From NCBI GenBank assembly GCA_965644295.1, contig CBFFRP010000230.1:1-60274 (forward strand): DNA of 60,274 bases, read 5' to 3'. Source of the DNA: Paraphysomonas bandaiensis (Eukaryota > Protista > Chrysophyceae). The notes under the pieces were generated by a model. It was not told the DNA's origin and ran no database searches. It worked only from the letters and a program-made list of their open reading frames with translations. The first letter of the stretch is position 1; each line of letters opens with the position of its first letter. A program made the position numbers and the translations under genes. Below are positions 50,125 to 60,274 of this stretch, in pieces.

Positions 50125-50518
50125 TTTAGTGTTTGGCACTTCACGTCATGTCTAATAGTTTGGACTGCTGTTGGAACATGCAAGATTTTACACACCATTT
50201 TAACGGCTTCATGAATACAAGCCTATACCTGGTATACACTCACTGTACACAGCAGGCAGTGATACTACAATGGAGCGACACCATATATATTGAGTGCGTG
50301 GTGAAGAACTGTGTATACAGAGTATGTACAGGTGGCGTATGTTTTACCACAATATAAATATGGTTTTATGGCTACAAAAAGTAGGGTTTCTATTGCGGAA
50401 ACCCCCACAGGACTTACTGTACATATTGTATGTACATGTGTACATACATATATATACAGCAGCCATCCCATAACGACAAGGCAGAGACAGACACTGACCT
50501 ATTCCAGAAGGTGGTATC

Positions 50519-50875
50519 ATGAACAATGATCAAAGTATTATAACAGATGATCACCCAGTTCGTCATAGTCATGTGGGTGAAACTCCTCTAAAGCAATATG
50601 AACAGAATCCATCAGGTGAAACCACTATGGCATCTGAACTAAAGAAACTCACACTTGCTTATGAAAACGTTACTCCACAATATGATTTTCATATAGATGA
50701 TTTAGTATTTACCCATGCTGTGGGGGATATGAAATACAATTCACTTCATGGTGTCATATCAGGTCCTCCTGATTCGTCGGGTAAGTATCCTGTTTTCGTA
50801 GAGATGGCTGATGGTACGAAATGCACACTGCATCTGTTTCCACAGAATATGCATCTCGTTCGTAGAGGTTTATGA
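50519..50875 (+). CDS. Small protein with SH3/KOW-like beta domain
   Basis: The pattern DLV..YNSLHGVI..GKYPV..LHLFPQNM resembles SH3-like modules common in protist proteins. The gene is divergent from the DOT1-like gene. Confidence 0.55.
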   Translation: MNNDQSIITDDHPVRHSHVGETPLKQYEQNPSGETTMASELKKLTLAYENVTPQYDFHIDDLVFTHAVGDMKYNSLHGVISGPPDSSGKYPVFVEMADGTKCTLHLFPQNMHLVRRGL

Positions 50876-51363
50876 TATCATGTTTCAGTGTGTTTGTCTA
50901 GAGTGTATTTGCGCCTCATGTGTAGATATCCTAATCTTGGTGATTGGGAATATCGAATATTTCAAGTTGTTCTGATCAATGTAATTGTCAGTTGGTTTAC
51001 TGGTTATTTTCGATTTCTTTGGGCATATACTTGTTTTTGTCACCCTATATGCTGTGCCGTTTTGTTGAACGGTGGGTGAACAAAAAGAGTGGTATATTGT
51101 CAAAATAAATATTCGAACTAGTCAATTTTTGCATACATACAATGCCGTGTAAGGACTACTTCGTTGTGGTAGTGATGTTAATATATTTCAAATTCAATCA
51201 TATAGAGGTTTTGGCCACAGCATTAGTTTAAGCATTTCTAAGCTTGAATGGTAATATAGCGCTCACAGAATACTCGACAAGTGAAGTGTTAAGAAAGAGC
51301 GCATACATATAATGAAACATGTTTCTCTGTTATAATTGGGTTAGGGAACAATCTATTGTTATC

Positions 51364-51705
51364 CCCATTTTGTCTCAATAAATCTTTTTTTGACCAGAAT
51401 TGGGCCCAGCAGAACGCTCACATCAGAGCCGGGCAAATATCATAGACATTCAACTTCAATATTCGGTTCAACAGAAACTCACTTCTGTCGTAATTGTGAT
51501 ATTGACAGTCACAATTATAGATTATGGAGAAGCCACAATGATAGGCCAACTATCAAAAGCTGGTCATAAAACACTCCAAGTAGTATTTCATCCTTCGTCT
51601 GCTGTATAAGATTATAATGATGTCAGTACAAGCGATCTATCTTCAAAACCAGAACTTTGAAACAACTTCAAGGATATTACAGGAGAGTTGAAGTGCAATA
51701 TGTTA
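51364..51705 (+). repeat. Diverged repeat family C, copy 2
   Basis: Colinear similarity to 47160-47480. Confidence 0.7.
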
Positions 51706-52248
51706 TGAAACTGTCTAGATGGTTAGAAGCAGTGGCACCCAGTTCTTGTAGAGTTTGGGTCACATCGTGTTTATCAGGGTTGTGCGCATCATATCATACT
51801 TGCATCATTCAATCGTACTCACATACTAGCAGAGATTAACCGTGTGTTGTATATAAATATATAAATGTGTGTAGGCTACCGAGGTCTCCCTGCTGGACTA
51901 CCTACTACCAGTCAGGAGAGACCCAGTACTCATTCCTTGCTTGATCCTAATGACCCAGAGGATGCTGTAATGTATTCCTCTGTGAGCTCCTTGATAATAT
52001 CACCAGTAAGCTATTTTCAGGCCTCCCATCACAATGCTAAATAAGGCAATAAGAAATAAGAAGCCTCGTGCGACAACAACTGTTTACATTCATTATCACA
52101 CTTATGTACGAATTTTTAACACCTGCAGTATCCTTCTGTGGTAGGAGTACATTTGTTGTATTATAGAAATTGGGGGTTTATTATTTTGAGTTCATCTATA
52201 GATCTATGGTGCATTGCTATTCCCTAAGCATACAGTATACATACCATC

Positions 52249-52312
52249 ACGCACAAGCAGATTCCGTAGCGCCAAATAGTAGGGTATCAGGAGAGTTAAG
52301 CACCAGTTAGCT
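52249..52312 (-). repeat. Family A fragment next to the DNA transposon end
   Basis: acgcacaagcagattccgtagcgccaaatagtagg is the reverse complement of the family A core. Confidence 0.75.
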
Positions 52313-52348
52313 AAATTGTTTTGCTACCATCGGTGGACCTCAGCAAAA

Positions 52349-53011
52349 GTACCTATAGGTACTTTATTAATTAAATCTCCTAGTACCTATTAGGAACTTG
52401 TCTAGTACCTATAGGTACATTTTAGCTCAATAGGTAGTACTTATACCAGCTTCTTCAGATAGGACCACCTATAGGTGGCAAGACCAGCTATAGGTGGGTC
52501 CTATTTCTTGGTACCTAATAATTGCATTAGGAACCCCTATTAGGCACTACCTTTTTGACCTATAGGTACAAACAAGTTCCTAATACGGACCTATAGGTAC
52601 GACCTATACGTGTCCTATAGGTACTTAATAATTTCCTAATAGGTACTTATCGGTACCTATAGGTACTACCTAGTATTGACATTGCTACCTATAGGTACCG
52701 ATAAGTACCTATAGGTAGCAAGATCAGCTATAGGTGGGTCATATTTCTTGGTACCTAACAATCGAATTAGGAACCCCTATTAGGTATTAATTTTGACCTA
52801 TAGGTACTACCTAGATAGCTAACATATACCTATAGGTGTAGTACCTATAGGTGGCAAGACTAGCTATAGGTGGATCCTATTTATTGGTACCTAATAATCG
52901 TATTAGAAACACCTATTAGGCACTACCTTTTTGACCTATAGGTACTACCTAGTTAGGTAACACACACCTATAGTTGTAGAACCTACTAAATACCCTGCCA
53001 CCTATAGGTAC
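52349..53011. repeat. Subterminal array of palindromic (TA)CCTATAGG(TA) motifs
   Basis: Roughly 25 exact or variant motifs counted by eye. Three higher-order ~100-bp units start near 52468, 52708 and 52844. Confidence 0.95.
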
Positions 53012-53101
53012 GATGCAGCCCAGCCTACAAACCACACACTGCTCATAAAACGCTATACAACATTAGTATCGTTTATAGAGAAGAGTACTAGACAAATCAA
53101 A

Positions 53102-54490
53102 TCAGCATACACACTCGAAAGAACAGAAAACACACACTCGAAAGCGATATATGAATAAAATCGATAATAAAAAATAGCCAGCTTGAAAACTGACTATGCC
53201 TAACATCGGAGGAAATGGTAAATACACATACCTTACCAATCTTTCAAAATTATAGACGACTCATCAGGCTCCTCAATGTACTCTGAAGCTTCGATCTTTT
53301 TCTTCTCTTTCTTCAGTAGTCTCCACGTATCGAAGCTTCAGAGTACATTGAGGAGCCTGATGAGTCGTCTATAGTTTTGAAAGATTGGTAAGGTATGTAG
53401 TCTCTGGGTGTGGTAATAGAGAAATGCGCCTTCTTTTTCTAAGAAAGCGCGTCGTGATATTTTAATCGCATCAACTCTTGATTTGGCTCTCGATGCCAGA
53501 TAAGCAGTCCAGGCATCACTACTGGTAGGGGGAGATTCGGACGCCTGCTGTAGTCGATCGTACAGCATCTCCTGAGCTGTCGACTCTATCATGGCGCTGG
53601 TTTCGTTAACAAACGTCATGGGATCACTGCTATCATTATGACTATAAGAAGCTCCAATTAAAACACAGACTGCTTCGACAGCAGTCTGCATGAAGGAATA
53701 TTCACTGTTCCATTGATGTTCTCGAGGGCAGCTACCTAGTCAAACAATGAGTTTATAGAAAACAAATATTTGACTTACCATCTTTCAAGGAATTTCTTAA
53801 TTCCTCCTCGAATGCACTATCCAACCAGGGGGTCTGGTCGGTATAAAGAGCATGATAGCATAATCTAATCTTCGTTTTTAAATTATCAGCCACCTTTCGC
53901 ACATATTTCATTACGTCTCTGTAAACTATGTGAGACATGTAATAATAACAGACTCAATCAAATACCTCGATGACGAAATTGCAGCTATGACACCGCTCTG
54001 AAGCATTGTTTCGTTCGGCACAAATGCTCCTTCTTTACAAGCTAGTTGAAATGCCTGTTATAATTAAGTCACATACTTATAAATATATTAAATTCACCTT
54101 ATTATGGGGAGCTTGCATATCAATTCCGTTTTTTGATAGTAGTGCAAGTATCAGCCGCATGAGGAGTTCGAAGTGTTCCTCAATGGGAGATATTTCCCCA
54201 GTGTCCAGTTTACAATGTAACCGAGCATACATCATCTCCTGATGATACGGGAGAAAGCTTGGGGATGAGGCAACCACGGCGGCACTCTGCTGCCCCACGA
54301 CAAGATCTTCCCGGTACAAAACTGTCGACAATAACTTCGTCCTTACGTTCTTCGTCCGAAGACTGACATAAGGTTGCAAGGTTTCAATTTCTGACGATGA
54401 GTGACATTGCTCAGGTATAGTTATATTGGGCCTGCTGCACAGAGGCTTCTTCCTGGGAGGTGACTGTGCAGTACAAAATGTGCGATCCAT
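53102..54490 (-). pseudogene. Intron-containing transposon accessory gene disrupted by an inverted duplication; 3' end uncertain
   Basis: ORFs 54077-54490, 53753-53938 and 53338-53691 are separated by GT-AG introns. The frame resumes as LLKKEKKKIEASEYIEEPDESS once the 81-bp insert is removed. Confidence 0.6.
53226..53398. repeat. 70-bp inverted repeat (1 mismatch) with 33-nt spacer
   Basis: Arms 53226-53295 and 53329-53398 are reverse complements except aaaat versus aaaac. Confidence 0.95.
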
Positions 54491-54518
54491 TTTACGGTTT
54501 CCACTGCGCTGCGCTATC

Positions 54519-54580
54519 TGATAACGATAATGATGATAATGATAATAATGAATACGATAAATATGATGAAATAATGATGA
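54519..54580 (+). repeat. Degenerate (GATAAT)n microsatellite
   Basis: gataacgataatgatgataatgataataatg... Confidence 0.8.
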
Positions 54581-54908
54581 TTACATACATATATATATGA
54601 CTGTTTATGGAATTCATCTTTCGGAAAGTGAAGAGACATTCACATACTCTCACTTCGACTTCTGACTTCGAAGTTCTCACACTTCAGAATCATTCTTCAG
54701 TTTGTTTTTTATGGTACTGCTGTATACATGGTATACATCTAGCAGAGCACATATGTATACGCACAAAAAAAACTGTGCAGAGGGATACACAAAGGTGCAC
54801 ACATGTACACATGTACACATGTACACTGTTGGATGCAATGTGGAAATGCGATGTGTGGAAACAAGTTTTTGATTCAGGTCAGAGTTTGTCACGTCATGAA
54901 GATATTGC

Positions 54909-57900
54909 TTGCTATCGGAGAATTTTTTACCGAATAGAAAGCGAAAGACTTCAGCAGATAGTGGTCCTCAGAGCTACATCATTCGTGATGACGACAATAG
55001 TGATGATGAGCACAGTGACCATGATGAGGAGGACTCATATATTCCTACGTACTTGTGGCAATATCAAAGAATGGAAGAAGCTTCTCCGACCGGTAATACC
55101 GAGTTCCCTATCTTTCATCCTGATTATGATCAACAAGATAAACCGATTTCTACGTATAAGAAGCTTCAGGAAACATTTTACGACAAATCTCACAGCAGGG
55201 ATGCATTGAGAGCTTCTAATTTGGAGAATTTTATTCGGATTGTTTGCTGCTGAAGTTGTATGCATTTGGAAGAATGTGCAAGCTAAGTCGCTCCACAGGA
55301 GATGCTCTTCTCGAATTAATTCGCTCATTTAAACCTCGTAAAGCGCTTCCGAAATCGTGGAAATCGGTTGTGTCGCATTTCAAAAGAGAAACATCACATT
55401 ACAGATATGCAGAGAAGTCTGTACCCTGGCCGTCGTCGTGGAAAATGGAGTCTTGGAGTACTTCCGGGCAGAGACCAAAAGAAATCATTGTGCGTGCTAG
55501 GGATCCATTGGAAATGCTTAGTTATCAAGCCGTGAATCCCATAATTCAGTTCTGTTGGAATAAACACATCCATTATGATACATTTTCTATGAAAGATAGG
55601 GAAACTGGTGAGAATTACGTTGGTGATCTCATGTCTTCATCGTGGGCGAAAAATACTGAGCAACTTATACACCAGAATTTCTGTTCTGAGAGAAAGTTAA
55701 TGCCATGTTTATGTATCATGACGGTGTTGCGATGGGGCATTGTGCTAGTGCAAAAAGTATTCCAGTTTTAGGAACATGTGGAAATTTCAGTGATGAATTG
55801 ATGCGAAAGAATTTAGCAAAGTTTTGTTTAGGCTTTATTCCAGATATTTCAAGCTCAACAAGTACCGAAGTTTTAATTACTCATTTAATGACGTGTGGAA
55901 TGAGCCGTACAAAAGCAGAGAGGGAAGTCAGACTATTTAATTTGCAGTTAGAAAGGCAGTTCTGGAACTTGGTAACAACCCCACTCAAAACTGTTTCGGA
56001 ATGAGGTGCAGAAATGTATGTACTTGGAAAGGGTTTAATTATTGTTCATACCTTTTTCCCGTTCAGTATTGGAGATGACCCTGCAATTCATCGGCAGATT
56101 GGCTTGTACGAAGGAAATTCCCGCTTTGCATGTGTTAATTGTGAGTATCCGCTGAGGGGTGGTGTTTTTTATAACCCACAGATTCATCTCAAGAGAGATG
56201 GACATACAATTGCTGAACGCTGTCGAAGTCTAAATAGTGGTCGGCTATCAGACAAGGAAGAGAAGGCTACTCGAAAGTCACTCGATGATAAATGCATCAT
56301 GCCCTTCGTGAACGCCTTTCATCATTCGTTTATGGGCTGCAACAACCATTGTTTTAATAATCCTCAGGACTTGTTTCACCTATTTTGTGCTGGCATTGCA
56401 AAAAGTCTTGTTCTTTGGATTCTTACCATTGTTGATAGCACAAGCAAAACTATGGACCCGACTTTCCACAATAGTAAGGGTGTGCTGGATGGTAGACTGA
56501 TAATATGATACCTCAAGTTCCGAATATGCCACATGTAAATTGGACAGTCTTCAAGAAAGGGCTAATGCACATTATCTCTACTAAAAGCAAGAAAGATAAA
56601 GGCCATTCCACTGGTTCTGGAGGCGGATATCGATCAAGCGAATTCATTACGGCACTTATACAGCTTTTATTTGCGGTAGGTTTTTAAAAATTCCACGGTT
56701 CGTATCACTTTCCATGAGTTAGATAGGCACAGATGGCCAAGTTTTACCAACAGCTACGAACTACGTATTTTGTTGCAAGAATACGCGGCCCCGACGCGTT
56801 GGTAATTTGACAATGAAAGTTCTACAAGCAATTAAGGCGGTACTGAACGTCTATTTTGAGTGTAAAAGATGCTGTTTCACGAACCCTGATATTCTACATG
56901 TGGAGCTTATATGCAATGATATGGTTGCAAAGGTTTTGCTAGTGTGGGACTTGAAGCAAACACTTCTTAACAACCAGCCATCATTTCCATTGATGCGAAA
57001 GCTTCATTCTGTTATGCATCTTTCATTTAACATTGCCATGTTTGGAGCCTTATCAAAGGCAGATGCTGGCTCTTGGGAATCGAGCAATCGCTATTTTACA
57101 ACCGATAACTGGCGACGCACAAGTAGGAGATATGCTTCCTCAAATGAGGAGATTATCTATCTGTCAAGATCATTCTCGAGTACTGGAGTTTATTGCTGCA
57201 TGCCACACTCATGACAATGCGTATATAAATTCACTAAAGCCAGAAGTTCGACCTGAAGTTGTTTTAGTATATCCAATGTGTAATGTAAAGCATGCAACTC
57301 TATGCGTTGGTGCAAATGGCTACTTATTCGCATGTGAAGAAGAGATAGAGAGTTGAATGATTTCATCGGACACAAGGAATTAACAGTTTTTTCTCTAACA
57401 GATTTCTGTAGACGAGCTCTGGGTGAACAGAACTGGAACAGCCTATGTCGTGGTGATATATCTCTTAAGCTTATACAAGCTCTCACATACCACGCAAACG
57501 AAGAGAGTGGTATCGGCAAAGGAAGTCATCATGCAATGAAGAAGACGAGGCGGCGAAAACAACGATTTGATTTTATATTCATTCAACTGGAAAATGGAGA
57601 CAATCAACTGGCCCAAATAGTATCAATGTTACAACTGACATTTGAAAACGACATCAAGTATTTCTATATTGTTCAGTATATGGAACTGTGTGAAGTGAGT
57701 AGCCTTGCTTTTTTCCCCTAATACAGATGGGAAGTTCGTTACAATCGCCGACGCCAGCAGATATTTTGCCACGATATTATTGATTTTGAAAATATTCTTG
57801 ACACGGCATTTATTATTCCAGATTTTGCTCATGATGTAATTGCTGGAGAGCCGAATACAATAGATAGATTCTGGTATATTCCGAGGAAATTCTTTGACCG

Positions 57901-58139
57901 TTGTGGGTGGAATGATTTGGAAAATGCTGACTATAATCAGACCGAAGATATGGAGGTATATATGAACAGGCTCTGGTGCAATAGAAATGCAGCGCAATAT
58001 TATCCAAGAAAATAACCATGCTGCAAATAACATGATCGATTCTGACACTGATGACTCCTTACTTTCAGAAAACGAAAGTACAAGGAGTAGTAGTATATCT
58101 AGTGCCAGTGGCTCTGATAGTGAAGGCGACGGCATGTAA
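54909..58139 (+). pseudogene. Plavaka/CMC-type DDE transposase with stops and frameshifts
   Basis: RDPLEML, MYHDG (D1), IGDDPA..CVNC (D2), DLFHLF..GIAK, and KLHSVMH..FG..WESSNR (E). Broken across several ORFs, with an acidic tail. Confidence 0.8.
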
Positions 58140-58304
58140 TTCTATAATTTATATTCCCCTGCTTATTTAAGTGACGTGAATAGTCATTATTCACAACTAT
58201 AGTACAACTTACTGGTAATGGAATTGATTGCTAGCCATATAGGCACAATGCTTTATCCGTCCTAGGTAGACAGGCTATACTTCTTATAGGTAATGTGCGC
58301 TAGC

Positions 58305-58611
58305 TATTAATTTACGCTTTTAGTTAGTGCAATATTGACTGATTGATATTATAGGAGATATAGTAAGTTTATGATGTTGTAGCCCTGTGAGTTAGGAACC
58401 ACGTCATTTACCAACATCAACATTCTGTTCTACAAATCATATCTTTAACAGCTACTATATTTTCAGTTTCTTTGTATACTTGTAATAGCTACTCCTATAC
58501 TGTAGTCATGTATATTCTGTATTTCATTGCTACATAGAATACAGGATAACTACTAGCGATTGACTTTACCAAACTTCAAGTACGCACGTAGGAGTTGGTT
58601 GTAGTTCAATA
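58305..58611 (-). mobile_element. 3' LTR of Copia element (307 bp), termini TATT...AATA
   Basis: Immediately follows the PPT GAGTGGGAG (58620-58612, minus strand). Boundaries are fixed by the solo LTR TSD. Confidence 0.88.
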
Positions 58612-58659
58612 CTCCCACTCAATGAACATATCAGAATATACTGTGATGAGCAAGTCTAC

Positions 58660-60274
58660 TTAGTGCGATACCATAGTGTGCACATGCTGATAGTGCAGCT
58701 TCTCGGACAAGGCTTTAGTCATCACGTCTGCTGTCATCTCTGCCGTTGGCACATGATTCAGCCTGACGATACAGCCTCCCACTTGCTCTCGAATCCAATG
58801 ATACTTGATCCGAATATGCTTGGAACGTTTATGATTTACCGGGTTCTGAGCTAGATCAATCGCACTCTTGCTGTCCATATTCAAGATTGTTGGAGACGCA
58901 TTCTTACTGAGCTCAAATCCACGAATTCCGAGCTCTGTCATCACCCCTCGTATCCATACAATCTCCTGAATTGCAGCATATGCAGCCATATATTCAGCTT
59001 CCATAGTCGACGTAGCCACTGTTGGCTGCAGTCTGGACTGCCATGCAATTGGAGCACCCCACAGATATACGATATACCCTGTAGTGGATCTGCATGTATC
59101 CAGATCTCCGGCCCAATCTGCATCAGAGTACACACATAGAGGGTCTTCATCTGTGAAATTAGGAAATATGATACCTTGATCAACTGTATTTTCTAAATAC
59201 AATAAAGTATGCAGAGCAGCTTGACATGCAGCGTACGTGGGTCTTGTGGTGAACCGGGAGAGAAGATTTACTGTATATGCCATGTCTGGTCTAGTATGCA
59301 CTGCCAAATACATTAAGGCACCAATAACAGATTGATAGGGAAATGCATCAACGTATTCTCTCTGTTTTCGAGTTTCTTCCTCTTTTGCATCCTTGGACAA
59401 CTTTAGGCCAGGTGGTAGAGGTGTGGTTGCCTTGCACCGTCTCTTCTTTTCTGACAACAAGTGATTGAATCTGGCCACAACATCTTTAGCATATGCAGAC
59501 TGATGTAACTTAATCTGGCCATTATGACGCTCAATGGTAAGACCTAAATAATGCTTAAGGTCCCCCATATCTTGCATGGCATATTGAGTCTTAAAGGCGC
59601 TGATGACTTCTTCAATATGACGGCTGTCAGAGCTGAGCACAATGATATCATCTACATACACAAGTATCATATGTAGGTTATCATCAGTACCCTTGAGTAC
59701 AAATAAACATGGGTCAAGAACACATTGTTTATACCCCATCGCCTTTATACTGTCCTTCAGCATTGAATGCCAATTTCGAGGCGCTTGTTTTAGGCCATAC
59801 AAACTCTTCAGAATCTTCAAACAACAGCCTTGTGGAATATCTATTCCTGCAGGTGGAGACATAAACACGTCTTCGTCCAGATCTGCATACGGAAATGCCG
59901 TTTCTACATCGAGTTGACGGAGTTGCAGATTGTATCGCAGAGCCAGTGCTAGTGCTAGCCTAAATGATACACCTTTAGCTACTGGGGAGAATGTCTCATT
60001 ATAGTCGACTCCTTGTTCTTGAGTAAACCCTTTCGCCACAAGTCGAACTTTGAACTTCTTAATTTTTCCAAGATGGTCGCGCTTTACTTTAAAGACCAAT
60101 TTAGATTTTATGATTTTTCGGTGTTTCGGCCTTCGGACAATCTTCCAGCATGTCCTTCGTTCAAGCTTGTGCACCTCCTTCCTGGTAGCTTCAATCCAGT
60201 ATGTTCTCTGTGGAGTCTTCTTTGCTTCTGCCAGCGTCTGTGGCTCTTTAATTGTGCTGTTGGAGGAATCAAGA
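58660..60274 (-). CDS. Ty1/Copia pol, RT + RNase H; runs off the window end
   Basis: KVRLVAKGFTQ, QLDVETAF, KSLYGLKQAPRNW, YVDD, YSDADWA, STMEAEY, KHIRIKYH, ADVMTK. Frame is open. Confidence 0.98.
   Translation of the reverse strand, partial: LDSSNSTIKEPQTLAEAKKTPQRTYWIEATRKEVHKLERRTCWKIVRRPKHRKIIKSKLVFKVKRDHLGKIKKFKVRLVAKGFTQEQGVDYNETFSPVAKGVSFRLALALALRYNLQLRQLDVETAFPYADLDEDVFMSPPAGIDIPQGCCLKILKSLYGLKQAPRNWHSMLKDSIKAMGYKQCVLDPCLFVLKGTDDNLHMILVYVDDIIVLSSDSRHIEEVISAFKTQYAMQDMGDLKHYLGLTIERHNGQIKLHQSAYAKDVVARFNHLLSEKKRRCKATTPLPPGLKLSKDAKEEETRKQREYVDAFPYQSVIGALMYLAVHTRPDMAYTVNLLSRFTTRPTYAACQAALHTLLYLENTVDQGIIFPNFTDEDPLCVYSDADWAGDLDTCRSTTGYIVYLWGAPIAWQSRLQPTVATSTMEAEYMAAYAAIQEIVWIRGVMTELGIRGFELSKNASPTILNMDSKSAIDLAQNPVNHKRSKHIRIKYHWIREQVGGCIVRLNHVPTAEMTADVMTKALSEKLHYQHVHTMVSH

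Larger units (their letters stand above)
52338..58304. mobile_element. Decayed Plavaka/CMC-like DNA transposon with two divergent genes; right end interrupted by Copia; left boundary approximate
   Basis: Subterminal palindrome array, transposase pseudogene and divergent accessory gene. Motif remnants (cctaggta, ttataggta) reappear at 58261-58292. Confidence 0.75.

Noticed and set aside
52349-53011. CRISPR-like appearance of the palindromic repeat array
   Set aside because: Spacing is irregular, the spacers are themselves repeated, there are no cas genes, and the context is a eukaryotic transposon.
53355-53385. Hammerhead-like CTGATGAG...GAAA (also CTGAAGAG at about 12006)
   Set aside because: There is no stem II closing pair or stems I/III. 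The first is simply coding sequence (PDESS).
55250-57360. In-frame TGA codons in the transposase as selenocysteine, given the nearby SBP2
   Set aside because: They are accompanied by frameshifts and are not at redox Cys positions. Ordinary decay explains them.

Overview
Eukaryotic nuclear DNA, gene-dense, with short (mostly about 45-60 nt) GT-AG introns. It comes from a flagellated protist (HYDIN present); a stramenopile is my inference from gene content and style. About 14 host genes are present: a Tudor-like + Ser/Thr kinase split by a frame change, a protein with three copies of an unusual domain, SEC22, a sterol-desaturase-like fusion, PX-GOLD-coiled-coil, PDZ-ankyrin-pseudophosphatase, thymidine kinase, EGF+PDI-like, an SBP2-like protein with inserted UHM/RRM domains, a Sip5-like RING protein, RPS29, HYDIN, ENY2, a DOT1-like methyltransferase and a small SH3-like ORF. 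The last 8 kb is a transposon nest. A decayed Plavaka/CMC-type DNA transposon has a palindromic subterminal array and a divergent accessory gene knocked out by a 70-bp inverted duplication. It is interrupted by a Copia element whose LTR has non-canonical TATT...AATA ends, and a solo LTR with a 5-bp TSD lies at 48 kb. Best leads: the SBP2-UHM fusion, a candidate -1 ribosomal frameshift in the kinase, the hairpin inside the transposon, the TA..TA LTRs, the triple-domain protein, and a structured ~190-bp dispersed repeat nested with a TTAGGG-containing repeat. Exon boundaries were read by eye and family calls come from motif recognition, not searches.
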